The notes: generated by a model from the letters alone, not told the origin. 64,000 bases of DNA from an uncultured Thiomicrospira sp. (GCA_965195345.1 OZ239628.1:640001-704000), one strand, 5' to 3'. Positions 9,445 to 20,090 are shown, counted from the first letter of the stretch. Made by a program: numbers and translations.

Positions 9445-10752
9445 GTGAGTAATAATGAAATTTTCGGGCGCATCACAGCACCCGAGGAATTTGAAAAGGC
9501 TGTTATTGTTCATGTTGAATTTTCAAACAAACTCCAAGACGCCTCGCTTGAAGAACTCCAAGAATTAAGCTACAGCGCAGGTGCGCGTAGTGTTCATGTG
9601 GCGAAGTTTAACAATACGGCCATAGAAGCTAAATACTTTGTTGGTAGTGGCCAATTAGAGCAAATTAATCAAGCAGCTAAAAGTGCAGAGGCAGACGTTG
9701 TAATATTCAATCATAATCTATCGCCCTCTCAAGAAAGAAATATAAGTAAACAACTCAATCGTAAGGTGATTGATCGAGTAAGGTTAATTCTCGATATATT
9801 TGCTTTAAGAGCAAGAACATATGAAGGGAAGTTGCAGGTTGAATTGGCACAGCTCAAGCATATGTCTACTCGATTGACTGGAGGGTGGACGCATTTAGAA
9901 AGACAAAAAGGTGGGATAGGCTTGCGCGGGCCAGGGGAAACACAACTTGAAAGTGACCGGCGTATAATTCAACAAAGGATGAAGTCGATTCGTCAACGCC
10001 TGCTCAAAGTACGTAAGCAGCGGAGTCTTGGACGCAACGCAAGAACGCGAAATGACTTGCCGACAATAGTAATGGTAGGGTATACGAACGCAGGGAAATC
10101 TACGTTGTTTAATCAATTGACATCTGCTGGAGTTTATCAAGCAGATCAGCTCTTTGCAACGCTTGATACCACGTTAAGACGCATACAAATTGCGGGCATT
10201 GGAGCATGTGTTTTGGCTGATACAGTTGGATTTATTCGTCACCTGCCACACGAATTAGTAGATGCATTCAGAGCGACACTTGAGGAAGTAACCGAAGCGG
10301 ATCTTTTGCTGCATGTTATCGATTCAAGCGATGAGCAATACGATGAAAAAATGAGCGCGGTTAATGTGCTTTTAGAAAGTATAGATGCTGATAAAATACC
10401 TGTTGTTGAAGTTTTTAACAAAAGTGATTTAATACAAAGTCGACCCGAAAGTAATCAAAAATGTGATATATACCAACAAGTATATGTTTCAGCATTGGAG
10501 TCTTCGGGTATGAATGAGTTGTTAAAATGTATAGGGAATGTACTGAGGGGAGAACGATGCAGGGTTCTAATTGATTTGCATGGAGATTATGGCAAATTGC
10601 GTTCACAACTGTACTCTTTTGGAGAAGTGATCTCGGAATCATGCTTAGACGACGGTGCGGTGCAGATGGAAATGCGCATTAGTCATCAAGAAAAAAACCG
10701 ATTAAAGCAGTTTTCACCCGCAGTGATGACGTTTAAAGAGATGGAAAATTAA
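9445..10752 (+). CDS. hflX: Ribosome rescue GTPase HflX
   Basis: LSPSQERN, EGKLQVELAQL, GPGETQLESDRR, GYTNAGKST, DTVGF, NKSD. Confidence 0.97.
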   Translation: MSNNEIFGRITAPEEFEKAVIVHVEFSNKLQDASLEELQELSYSAGARSVHVAKFNNTAIEAKYFVGSGQLEQINQAAKSAEADVVIFNHNLSPSQERNISKQLNRKVIDRVRLILDIFALRARTYEGKLQVELAQLKHMSTRLTGGWTHLERQKGGIGLRGPGETQLESDRRIIQQRMKSIRQRLLKVRKQRSLGRNARTRNDLPTIVMVGYTNAGKSTLFNQLTSAGVYQADQLFATLDTTLRRIQIAGIGACVLADTVGFIRHLPHELVDAFRATLEEVTEADLLLHVIDSSDEQYDEKMSAVNVLLESIDADKIPVVEVFNKSDLIQSRPESNQKCDIYQQVYVSALESSGMNELLKCIGNVLRGERCRVLIDLHGDYGKLRSQLYSFGEVISESCLDDGAVQMEMRISHQEKNRLKQFSPAVMTFKEMEN

Positions 10753-10776
10753 GATTAATTCGTACAAGGATCTATC

Positions 10777-13437
10777 ATGAATGAATTTATAGATAAAGAC
10801 CCTCTGGGCACGAAAGAATGGCAAGAAGCATTTGAAGCAGTTCTTGAGTTTGAAGGGACAGAAAAAGGACACCACTTATTGCAGAAGTTGATTGATCAGG
10901 CTCGAATGAAAGGGCTTGATCTGCCATACAGTGCCACCACAGATTATTTAAATACTATTCCTGTGTCACAGCAGGCTTATGCACCCTCAGGGATGGATAT
11001 TGAACGTAAGCTTCGTTCAATCGTTCGTTGGAATGCAGTCGCTATGGTGGTGAAAACGAATCGAAAATATTCGGAATTAGGTGGGCATCTTGCCAGTTAC
11101 TCTTCCAGCGCTACACTCTATGAAGTGGGCTTCAACCATTTCTACAAAGGACACGATCGAAAGAATTCCGATGGCGGTGATATGGTCTTTTTTCAAGGGC
11201 ACTCGTCTCCAGGGATATACTCTAGAGCGTATCTTGAAAGTCGTCTGAGTGAAGAAGATATCACTAATTTTCGCCAAGAAGTAGATGGCAAAGGTGTGTC
11301 GTCGTATCCTCATCCATGGTTGATGCCCGGATTTTGGGAATTTCCTACAGTTTCGATGGGACTTGGTCCAATCATGGCTATCTATCAAGCTCGATTTATG
11401 AAATACATGGAGGATAGAGGTTTAATAAGAGAAGAACAGCGCAACGTTTGGGCATACCTTGGTGATGGAGAAATGGATGAACCCGAGTCTTTGGGTGCTA
11501 TTCAATTAGCGTCAAGAGAAAGCCTTGGAAATTTGATTTTTGTTATCAACTGTAACTTACAACGTTTGGACGGTCCTGTCCGTGGTAACGGGAAAATAAT
11601 TCAAGAACTTGAAGGCAATTTTCGCGGTGCAGGATGGAATGTTATAAAAGTTATCTGGGGTTCAGATTGGGATGCTTTACTTGAGCGCGATAAAAGTGGC
11701 ATGTTGGTGAAACGCATGATGGAAGTGGTTGATGGAGATTATCAAACTTATAAAGCAAAAGGAGGGGCTTACATACGGGAACATTTTTTCGGCAAGTACC
11801 CTGAAACTTTGGACTTAGTTAAGGATTTATCAGACGATGATATATATCGTTTAAACAGAGGAGGGCATGATCCTCGCAAAATATATGCAGCCTACAAACG
11901 CGCCGTAGAAACAACGGATCAGCCAACTGTTATTCTGGCTAAAACTATTAAAGGGTACGGGATGAAGGGATCGGCTGAGGGCGCAAATACTGCGCATCAG
12001 ACTAAGAAACTTGATGAAGGTGCTTTGCGAATATTCCGAGATCGCTTCAGTATTCCTATATCCAATGAAATGCTCAACGAACTACCATTCTATAAGCCAT
12101 CAGAAAACTCTGAAGAAATGAAGTATCTGCATGAGCGGCGCAAAGAGCTTGGTGGCGTCTTACCCAATCGCAGGATACTTAAAGAAAAAATAGATATGCC
12201 TGCTTTTTCTGTATTCAAGTCGCTCTGTGAAGATACGGGCGAGCGTGAAATGTCTACTACCATGGTCTTTGTTCGATTTTTATCCATCGCTTTGCGTGAT
12301 AAAAATATAAAGGATCGTCTCGTTCCTATTGTGCCAGATGAAGCGCGTACTTTTGGTATGGAAGGATTATTTAGACAGCTTGGAATCTATGCTCCAGAGG
12401 GTCAAAAGTATACCCCTGAAGATTCTGACCAAATGATGTGGTACAAAGAAGCGGCAAATGGACAAATATTGGAAGAGGGAATTAATGAAGCAGGGGCAAT
12501 GTGTTCATGGATTGCCGCAGCCACCTCGTATGTAAATCATGCCAAAGTTATGATTCCTTTCTACATTTACTACTCAATGTTCGGGTATCAGCGAGTGGGC
12601 GATTTAGTTTGGGCTGCTGGAGATATGCAGGCTAAAGGTTTCTTAATGGGAGGTACGGCTGGAAGGACAACGCTCGCAGGCGAAGGTTTACAGCATCAAG
12701 ATGGACATCACATGCTAATGTTTGGCAATGTGCCAAACTGTAGGAGTTATGATCCTACGTTCTCCTATGAATTAGTTGTTATTATGCAAGATGGGTTGGA
12801 GCGGATGTATACGCGGCATGAAAATTGCTTTTATTACTTAGCTGTAATGAATGAAAACTATTCACATCCTGCTATGCCTAAAGATTGTGCCGAAGGGATT
12901 ATTAAAGGAATGTATTCATTCAAAAAAGGAGCAAAAAGTGCAAAGCGCGTTCAACTTATAGGGTCGGGTACTATATTTCGTGAAGCAATTGCTGCTGCAG
13001 AACTGTTGAAAAAGGATTTTGCTGTTGAATCAGATTTGTGGAGCGCACCAAGTTTTAATGAACTTCGTAAAGATGGATACGAATGTGAGCGTATTAATCG
13101 TTTGCACCCTGATAAGAAGCCTTTGGTGCCTTATGTGACGCAATGTTTTTCTGGTAGTGAAGGACCGGTTATTGCTGCAACGGATTACGTTCGTCAATAT
13201 GCTGACCAAATTCGCTCATGGATTCCAAACTCCTATACCGTATTGGGCACAGATGGCTACGGACGCTCAGATACGAGGAAAAAACTACGTCATTTCTTTG
13301 AAGTTGATCGCTATTGGATTGTGGTTGCGGCTCTAAAGGCATTGATGGATGAAGGCAGAGTGGATGCTAAAGTAGTGAAGAGCGCGATTAAAAAGTACAA
13401 AATTGATAGTGATAAGCCTAACCCATTGAACGTTTGA
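10777..13437 (+). CDS. aceE: Pyruvate dehydrogenase E1 (homodimeric type)
   Basis: SSYPHP, FPTVSMGLGP, ThDP motif GDGEMDEPES...NCN, GEGLQHQDG, LGTDGYGRSD. Confidence 0.98.
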   Translation: MNEFIDKDPLGTKEWQEAFEAVLEFEGTEKGHHLLQKLIDQARMKGLDLPYSATTDYLNTIPVSQQAYAPSGMDIERKLRSIVRWNAVAMVVKTNRKYSELGGHLASYSSSATLYEVGFNHFYKGHDRKNSDGGDMVFFQGHSSPGIYSRAYLESRLSEEDITNFRQEVDGKGVSSYPHPWLMPGFWEFPTVSMGLGPIMAIYQARFMKYMEDRGLIREEQRNVWAYLGDGEMDEPESLGAIQLASRESLGNLIFVINCNLQRLDGPVRGNGKIIQELEGNFRGAGWNVIKVIWGSDWDALLERDKSGMLVKRMMEVVDGDYQTYKAKGGAYIREHFFGKYPETLDLVKDLSDDDIYRLNRGGHDPRKIYAAYKRAVETTDQPTVILAKTIKGYGMKGSAEGANTAHQTKKLDEGALRIFRDRFSIPISNEMLNELPFYKPSENSEEMKYLHERRKELGGVLPNRRILKEKIDMPAFSVFKSLCEDTGEREMSTTMVFVRFLSIALRDKNIKDRLVPIVPDEARTFGMEGLFRQLGIYAPEGQKYTPEDSDQMMWYKEAANGQILEEGINEAGAMCSWIAAATSYVNHAKVMIPFYIYYSMFGYQRVGDLVWAAGDMQAKGFLMGGTAGRTTLAGEGLQHQDGHHMLMFGNVPNCRSYDPTFSYELVVIMQDGLERMYTRHENCFYYLAVMNENYSHPAMPKDCAEGIIKGMYSFKKGAKSAKRVQLIGSGTIFREAIAAAELLKKDFAVESDLWSAPSFNELRKDGYECERINRLHPDKKPLVPYVTQCFSGSEGPVIAATDYVRQYADQIRSWIPNSYTVLGTDGYGRSDTRKKLRHFFEVDRYWIVVAALKALMDEGRVDAKVVKSAIKKYKIDSDKPNPLNV

Positions 13438-13447
13438 GGACAAAGTA

Positions 13448-14785
13448 ATGGCAATTCAAGAAATTAAAATTCCAGATATAGGTGACTTCAATGATGTGGA
13501 AATTATTGAAGTTTTAATTCAAGTAGGGGATTCAGTCAATAAAGACGATTCTTTAATAACATTAGAGAGCGATAAAGCCAGCATGGAAATTCCATCGCCT
13601 GTTAGCGGTGTTATCAAGGAAATGACCGTTAAGCTTGGAGATCGTGTTTCTAAAGGCACATTGATAGCACAGATTGAAGCGAGTGAAGAGAGTGCTGCTG
13701 CTTCCTCTAAAGAAAGCGTGCCTGAAATGTCTGCGGAAGGAGAAGACCCAAAAGCGGATGTTGCTAAGGAAGCGCCTCAGTTGCAGAGTGCAGAGCAAAA
13801 TAATTCAGCGCCTTTATTAACAACAACCAATGCGGTTGAAGTTGAAACGGGTACGCATTCAAATGCAGTTGTCCCTGACAATAGACCGGCGACTTCAGCC
13901 CTATATCACGCCAGTCCTAAAGTTCGTCGTCTTGCTTCATCATTAGGCGTGGATTTGGCCAATCCCAAAGGAACTGGTCCGAACGGACGCATCAAAGAAC
14001 AAGATGTGCGCGATTATGTGAAATCTGCTTTGAGTGGGCAGAGTCAATCAGGGATGGGCATTCCGACTATTCCTGAAATAGATTTTTCCCAATTTGGAGA
14101 AATTGAGGAAGTACAACTATCGCGTATTAAAAAACTATCAGGGAAACACTTAAAATCTTGCTGGCTAAACGTACCACACGTAACCCAATGCGTTGATGCT
14201 GATATTACTGATTTAGAAGCATTTAGACAAACAATGAAAGTAACAGCCGAAAAAGCTGGTGTGCGTTTGACACCTTTAGCTATTATTATTAAGGCAGTCG
14301 CGGCGGCATTAAAAGAAAATCCTATTCTCAATGCCTCTCTCAAAGGGGACAATCTTATTATGAAAAAATACTTTCATATAGGTATTGCGGTGGATACGCC
14401 TAATGGATTGGTTGTGCCAGTTATCCGAAATGTAGACAGCAAAGGAGTGCTTGAGTTAGCTGGTGAAATGGCTGATGTTAGCGTAAGAGCCCGTGATGGG
14501 AAACTTACTCCTACTGATTTGAGCGGAGCAGGGTTTTCTGTTTCCAGTTTAGGAGGTATTGGAGGAAGTTACTTTACGCCTATTGTCAATGCCCCTGAAG
14601 TTGGTATTCTTGGAGTAGGTCGTTCTTCAATGCAGCCCGTTTGGGATGGTGCCTCTTTTCAACCACGACTTATGTTGCCATTGTCTATTTCCTATGACCA
14701 TCGCGTGGTTGACGGTGCACAAGGAGCACGATTTGCCGTATCGATGAGCAAGTATTTGAGCGATATACGCACTCTCGTTTTATAA
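13448..14785 (+). CDS. aceF: Pyruvate dehydrogenase E2 dihydrolipoyl acetyltransferase, single lipoyl domain
   Basis: Lipoyl ESDKASME, E3-binding ASPKVRRLA...GTGPNGRI, catalytic DHRVVDG. Confidence 0.97.
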   Translation: MAIQEIKIPDIGDFNDVEIIEVLIQVGDSVNKDDSLITLESDKASMEIPSPVSGVIKEMTVKLGDRVSKGTLIAQIEASEESAAASSKESVPEMSAEGEDPKADVAKEAPQLQSAEQNNSAPLLTTTNAVEVETGTHSNAVVPDNRPATSALYHASPKVRRLASSLGVDLANPKGTGPNGRIKEQDVRDYVKSALSGQSQSGMGIPTIPEIDFSQFGEIEEVQLSRIKKLSGKHLKSCWLNVPHVTQCVDADITDLEAFRQTMKVTAEKAGVRLTPLAIIIKAVAAALKENPILNASLKGDNLIMKKYFHIGIAVDTPNGLVVPVIRNVDSKGVLELAGEMADVSVRARDGKLTPTDLSGAGFSVSSLGGIGGSYFTPIVNAPEVGILGVGRSSMQPVWDGASFQPRLMLPLSISYDHRVVDGAQGARFAVSMSKYLSDIRTLVL

Positions 14786-14818
14786 GCATTAGAAATTGAA
14801 ATCAATTGAGGTGAATTA

Positions 14819-16582
14819 GTGAGCATTGATAAGATATATATTCCAGATATCGGTGACTTTAGCGAAGTTGAAATTATTGAAGTTTTGATCGCTGAAGGAG
14901 ACAAAGTTGAAGAAGGACAGTCACTTATCACATTAGAAAGTGATAAAGCCAGTATGGAAATCCCGACACCAAAGGAAGGGGTTGTTAAAAGTTTAAAGGT
15001 AAAACTTGGTGATAAAGTGTCGAAAGATAGTTTGATTTTGGAATTAGAAACTGCCGATGTTGAAAGTAAAGGGGGTGAGGGTGCGGATTTAAAAGATTCT
15101 TCTACTGCTAAACAAGAAACTAATCAGACAGCTGAAGTCGATACTGAAAGTAATTTAGAACGTGCGGATAAATCCGATAATGTTTACGATGTTGCTGTAT
15201 TGGGAAGCGGACCTGGTGGTTATACGGCTGCTTTTCGTGCGGCGGATCTTGGATTAAAAGTTGCTTTGATTGAGCGTTTTCCTATCATTGGTGGAGTGTG
15301 CTTGAATGTCGGCTGTATACCTTCTAAAGCGTTGTTACATATGGCACAAGTGGTGTGTGAAGCCAAAGAAATGTCTGAGAATGGTGTTGACTTTGGAAAA
15401 CCAAAGTTGAGTTTTGATCAAATGCGAGGCTTTAAAAATAAAGTAATCAATAAACTTACCGGTGGTTTACAAGCGCTTGCAAAGCAACGTAAAGTTGATG
15501 TTATCGAGGGTTATGGCAAGTTCATAGATGCTCATACCATTGTTGTTGAGGGAGAGAAAAATAAAGAAATTCATTTTAAAAATGCAATTGTGGCAGCTGG
15601 TTCACGAGTACAAAAAATGGACGTTTATCCGTGGCAGGATGAACGCATTATGGATTCCACAGATGCGCTTGAGTTAGAGAAATTCCCCAAAAAACTATTA
15701 GTTGTTGGAGCAGGCATTATTGGTTTAGAGATGGCAACAGTTTATGAGTCGTTTGGCAGTGAAGTAACAGTGACAGTGCGCTCTCAAAATATATTCAGTG
15801 GAGCTGCTGATAAAGACATTGTTAACCCTTTACTCAAACGCATGAAAAAGCGCATTGATCTTCAGTTTGGCACAGTGGTAAAAGCAGTTGATGCCACAGG
15901 TAAGCGTCTTAAAGTGACGCTAGAAGATGACAAAGGTGAGCGCAGCGAAACATTTGATAAGATATTAGTGGCGACTGGACGTATAGCAAATGGGTTGGTT
16001 ATTGATTCAGAAAAGGCTGGAGTGGTAGTTAATGAGAATGGTGTTATTCCAGTTGATCATCAAATGAGGACTAATGTTGCTCATATTTTTGCTATAGGCG
16101 ATATTGTTCCTGGTCCTATGTTAGCGCATAAAGCAACTCACGAAGGGAAAGTAGCTGCTGAAGTTATAGCTGGTCTTAAATCTGGATTCAATGCAATGAC
16201 TATACCGTCAGTAGCATATACTAATCCTGAAGTAGCTTGGATGGGTAAGACAGAAACAGAATGCAAAAAAGAAGGAATTGAATACACCAAGGGTGCGTTT
16301 CCTTGGGCTGCCAGTGGGCGCAGTTTGAGTATTAATAATACAGATGGATTGACGAAGCTACTGTTCGATAAAAAAACAGGTCGTCTGCTTGGAGCAGGCA
16401 TAGTTGGCCCTAATGCGGGAGAGCTAATTGCTGAGGCGGTGGTGTCGATGGAAATGGGTGCAACTGCAGAGGATATTGGGCTTAGCATTCATCCACATCC
16501 CACACTTTCTGAAACGCTTTGCTTTGCTGCTGAAATGGCTGAAGGGACTATTACAGATTTGATGCCTCCTAGAAAACGTTGA
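14819..16582 (+). CDS. lpdA: Dihydrolipoyl dehydrogenase E3 with N-terminal lipoyl domain; atypical nucleotide-binding fingerprint
   Basis: Lipoyl ESDKASME, GSGPGGY, GGVCLNVGCIPSK, HPHPTLSE; GAGIIG...VTVTVRS replaces the usual GGGIIG...VVE. Confidence 0.96.
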   Translation: MSIDKIYIPDIGDFSEVEIIEVLIAEGDKVEEGQSLITLESDKASMEIPTPKEGVVKSLKVKLGDKVSKDSLILELETADVESKGGEGADLKDSSTAKQETNQTAEVDTESNLERADKSDNVYDVAVLGSGPGGYTAAFRAADLGLKVALIERFPIIGGVCLNVGCIPSKALLHMAQVVCEAKEMSENGVDFGKPKLSFDQMRGFKNKVINKLTGGLQALAKQRKVDVIEGYGKFIDAHTIVVEGEKNKEIHFKNAIVAAGSRVQKMDVYPWQDERIMDSTDALELEKFPKKLLVVGAGIIGLEMATVYESFGSEVTVTVRSQNIFSGAADKDIVNPLLKRMKKRIDLQFGTVVKAVDATGKRLKVTLEDDKGERSETFDKILVATGRIANGLVIDSEKAGVVVNENGVIPVDHQMRTNVAHIFAIGDIVPGPMLAHKATHEGKVAAEVIAGLKSGFNAMTIPSVAYTNPEVAWMGKTETECKKEGIEYTKGAFPWAASGRSLSINNTDGLTKLLFDKKTGRLLGAGIVGPNAGELIAEAVVSMEMGATAEDIGLSIHPHPTLSETLCFAAEMAEGTITDLMPPRKR

Positions 16583-16607
16583 TTTAATATGAAAAGATGA
16601 GGACTGT

Positions 16608-16647
16608 ATTGACTATTTGGTTGTTTTTTTAATAGTCGGTGTTTTTT
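16608..16647 (+). terminator. Possible intrinsic terminator after lpdA
   Basis: ATTGACTATT / AATAGTCGGT stem (two G-U pairs) followed by GTTTTTT. Confidence 0.4.
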
Positions 16648-16784
16648 AGTTTAATACTTCACATTTAGTATCAATAAGGGGAATGTCTTTGCTTCGCATT
16701 ACAAGCATATTAGTAATACCTATATATGAGTGTTGAGGTAGCAACAGTAACCTCATTACCAATCATTCGAAATGAGATAGATAG

Positions 16785-19700
16785 ATGTCAACGTCATTTG
16801 ATCCCATCCACACACCGTTAATAGCAAGAGGTTTTAATCTAGTTGAAGCCAGCGCAGGCAGTGGTAAAACTTTCTCTATTGCGTTTATTGCAATGCGTTT
16901 GATCGTTGAAAAAGCAGTTCCTTTAGAAAAAATTCTAATAACTACGTTTACACGATTGGCGGCGGCAGAAATGACAGAGCGTATTTTTAGTATGCTGAAA
17001 AAAGCCGATGCATTGTATTTAAAGGCAACACCCCCTGAAGGAGATGATCTTGTTGAACAGTGGGTGGCAAATCACTGGAATGATGAATTTCGTTTTCGGA
17101 TTACAAGTGGTCTTACTCAATTTAACAAGTTGGCAATTCAAACAAATGACAGCTTGTTTCAAAAATTAACAAATCAACAAGCACTTGAGTTGAACGCCCC
17201 AATCGAAGCGGGTGAACAGATTGATGAAAGGACAATATTTTATCGACAGCTACGTACTTTTTGGTTAGAAGCATTATCGGATTGTTCAAAGACATTAAAA
17301 CCACGATTTTTAAACCGTTTTCCATTACCTGAAAATCTGAATAGGTTTGTTAAGGTTGAGCATCTACGAGGCGTAAAAATTCCATCAGTGGCTCTAAAAA
17401 AGGAATTAACAAAATTTACAGACGCTATTGATGCAGTTGAAAGCTTAGCACAGACTAAGATGGCACAGTTTATTAATATTTTTGATGATGCTTTAAAAGA
17501 TGGTTGTATTAAAAAGCCTTCTATAGGTGGTGTGCATTGGTCTTTGGGGCTTTTAAAAGAATCACCTGTTGATGCAATACTAAGTTTAGAAAACGATTTG
17601 GAAAATTATTTTATGAGTAAAGTTCCTGTCAAATGCAAAGATGGAATTTGCAGTAAGCTACAAACGTTTGAGCCATTATTTTATGCTTGCAATAAGTTAG
17701 TTGCCCAAGAGGGGAAATATTTTCAAGCATTTTTATATCATGCACAAACGTTAGTCAACCAAAGGACATTGGCAGAAATTGAAGCGCATTCCGGTTGGAG
17801 TTATGACGGTATTTTGTACCAATTAGAAGCGAGTGTTTTAAAGGGGTCCGTGCACGGGACTTTCGATGCAGTATTGGTTGATGAATTTCAAGATACCAAT
17901 CATGCGCAGTGGAACGTATTGTGTTCTTTGCTTTCTGATACAGGATTTGGATATTTAATTGGCGATCCCAAACAAGCAATCTATCGTTTTCGAAAAGCCG
18001 ATTTAAATACGTATTTTAGTGCTGCTCAAGTGTGCAAGAATCAATATACGCTTGATTTTAACTGGCGTTCAACGCCTATTTTAGTGAATGCAGTTAATTG
18101 TCTGTTTAATAGAGAAAATGTTTTTCTTGAAGAAAAAATGTATTTTTCACCAGCACAGACCGCATTAGCAGAAGCTGATAACAGCGTCGCTCAATTCGTC
18201 ACACTGGATAGTGCAGACGAAACAGATACAGCTCAAGCTTGTGTGAATAAGATACATGATGTTATCAAAGATGGATTTTCCCCCAATCAGATTATGGTAT
18301 TAGTGAATACTAATGCACAGGCGGAAATGATTGAACACTTATTGTTAGATGATGGTGTGCCGGCAACCATTAGAAAGATGAGTAAGGACACGAATTTTTT
18401 GGTTAATTGTGTCAAATATTTCGTAGAAGCATTGAAAAAACCTCAAGATGAGGCATTACAAAAACGGTATTTGCTGGCATTTTTAAATTTAGATATAAAT
18501 ACAGCGTTGAATCACCCAAATATTTCTGAGACATTACAATCGCTTAGAGATAAGTGGTTTTATATTGGTCCGCTTGGGATTTTAAAACACATCGTCCTAA
18601 ATAGCAAAATACGGAGTAATTGGCAGGAAGTCGGTCAAAAATCTGCTTTTTCTGGTTTGCTACTTGTGATGGAAAAGCTGCAGGAATTCTGGTCGGAATA
18701 TCCTTCCTTTAAGTATGTCGATGCCATTGTTGAGGAATGGGAATATGCTATTGAGAAAGAAAGCATAGTATTAACCGAATTGCCGAATGCTGTTCGGATA
18801 CTAACCACATTTACGTCTAAAGGCTTGGAGTCTGAAGTTGTGCTTTGTCCGTTCATTCTTACAAAAGAGAGCATATACAAGAACGATCACTTGAATTTGT
18901 TGAAAGAAGGGGGATTTCAATTAGTTTATGGGAGTGATTATGAAGATTGTCAAATTCAAAAAGAAGCCCACTTTGAAGCAGAACTTCGGCGGTTCTTGTA
19001 CGTGGCGCTTACGCGTGCCTCGAAACAACTTTTTGTATTCACAAACAAAAAGTTGTGCGTACTAAGAAGAATGTTGTACTCCCCTGTTAAATCAAATAAG
19101 CCAGCAGAACAAAAAAAAGAATTATTCACTAAACTTCAATTAGATGCAGAGCAGCTTGGTTGGACGGTATCCGAAGGGGATTACCTTAGCAAAAAGTCTA
19201 AACAGGAAGATGAAAATCAGGAAGTCAGAGTCGATACACTATCGAGAAGAAGAGCTTTGATTGGTATAAGCAGTTTCTCAAGGCTTTTAAAACAGAAAAG
19301 TGTCATTGAAATGGTGGAAGATCGCTTGGGTGAAGTAGAGGAATCTCATACAGATTATACTGAAATAAAACTCACCCCAGGTGCGGCTAGCGGAGAAGCG
19401 GTGCATCAATGTTTGCAAAAATTATTAGAAAATAAATCCCTGCAGAAAGAAGTTTCACAAACCCAATCCCTTCATCCATTTTGGGCGGATCAACTGAAAG
19501 CACAAGGGTTATCGGATGAGGCGAGCGAAGAATTATACGTGTGCGTGATGGCAGCATTGAATAATAAAATTGAACCTCTTGGAAACAAAACATTGGGACA
19601 CTTCGAAACATCGGCTATTCAATGTGAAATGAAATTTAATATGCATTTAAAGCACAGCCTTGAAGTGGCAATGTTGAATGACTTGCTAAAAAAGCATGCG

Positions 19701-20090
19701 CATTTGAAAAAACAATGGATGCTTAGTGAAATGCCTAAACAGGTAATCCCTTCAGGTATGTTCACAGGGTTTATCGATCTAACGCTGTGCAATGATGAAC
19801 GTTATTGGATTATTGACTATAAGAGTAACTACTTAGAAAATTACTCACCTGCTAATATTCAGCAAGCGATGGAAAAGCATGGTTACGGTTGGCAAGCAAG
19901 TTTTTATATGCTCGCTCTGCATCGATATTTATCGAGGTTGCTACCCAACTACTCATTGTATGATCAGTTGGGTGGTGCACTTTATTTGTTTGTACGAGGC
20001 ATGGTAGATCCAAGTAGTACGCAAAATGGGATTTGTCAATTAGGACCATCGCTTGAATGGATTGAAATTCTTGATGAGATCATAGAGTAA
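16785..20090 (+). CDS. recB: RecB-like SF1 helicase-nuclease
   Basis: EASAGSGKT, TFTRLAAAEM, VDEFQDT, IGDPKQAIYRFR, NWRS, YVALTRA; C-terminal nuclease GEAVH..GFIDL..IDYKSN..Y..Q..Y, GGALYLFVRG. Confidence 0.85.
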   Translation: MSTSFDPIHTPLIARGFNLVEASAGSGKTFSIAFIAMRLIVEKAVPLEKILITTFTRLAAAEMTERIFSMLKKADALYLKATPPEGDDLVEQWVANHWNDEFRFRITSGLTQFNKLAIQTNDSLFQKLTNQQALELNAPIEAGEQIDERTIFYRQLRTFWLEALSDCSKTLKPRFLNRFPLPENLNRFVKVEHLRGVKIPSVALKKELTKFTDAIDAVESLAQTKMAQFINIFDDALKDGCIKKPSIGGVHWSLGLLKESPVDAILSLENDLENYFMSKVPVKCKDGICSKLQTFEPLFYACNKLVAQEGKYFQAFLYHAQTLVNQRTLAEIEAHSGWSYDGILYQLEASVLKGSVHGTFDAVLVDEFQDTNHAQWNVLCSLLSDTGFGYLIGDPKQAIYRFRKADLNTYFSAAQVCKNQYTLDFNWRSTPILVNAVNCLFNRENVFLEEKMYFSPAQTALAEADNSVAQFVTLDSADETDTAQACVNKIHDVIKDGFSPNQIMVLVNTNAQAEMIEHLLLDDGVPATIRKMSKDTNFLVNCVKYFVEALKKPQDEALQKRYLLAFLNLDINTALNHPNISETLQSLRDKWFYIGPLGILKHIVLNSKIRSNWQEVGQKSAFSGLLLVMEKLQEFWSEYPSFKYVDAIVEEWEYAIEKESIVLTELPNAVRILTTFTSKGLESEVVLCPFILTKESIYKNDHLNLLKEGGFQLVYGSDYEDCQIQKEAHFEAELRRFLYVALTRASKQLFVFTNKKLCVLRRMLYSPVKSNKPAEQKKELFTKLQLDAEQLGWTVSEGDYLSKKSKQEDENQEVRVDTLSRRRALIGISSFSRLLKQKSVIEMVEDRLGEVEESHTDYTEIKLTPGAASGEAVHQCLQKLLENKSLQKEVSQTQSLHPFWADQLKAQGLSDEASEELYVCVMAALNNKIEPLGNKTLGHFETSAIQCEMKFNMHLKHSLEVAMLNDLLKKHAHLKKQWMLSEMPKQVIPSGMFTGFIDLTLCNDERYWIIDYKSNYLENYSPANIQQAMEKHGYGWQASFYMLALHRYLSRLLPNYSLYDQLGGALYLFVRGMVDPSSTQNGICQLGPSLEWIEILDEIIE

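Noticed and set aside
13448-15060. Near-duplicate DNA at the 5' ends of aceF and lpdA
   Set aside because: Explained by homologous lipoyl domains; lipoyl-fused E3 is already known (for example Neisseria, Cupriavidus).
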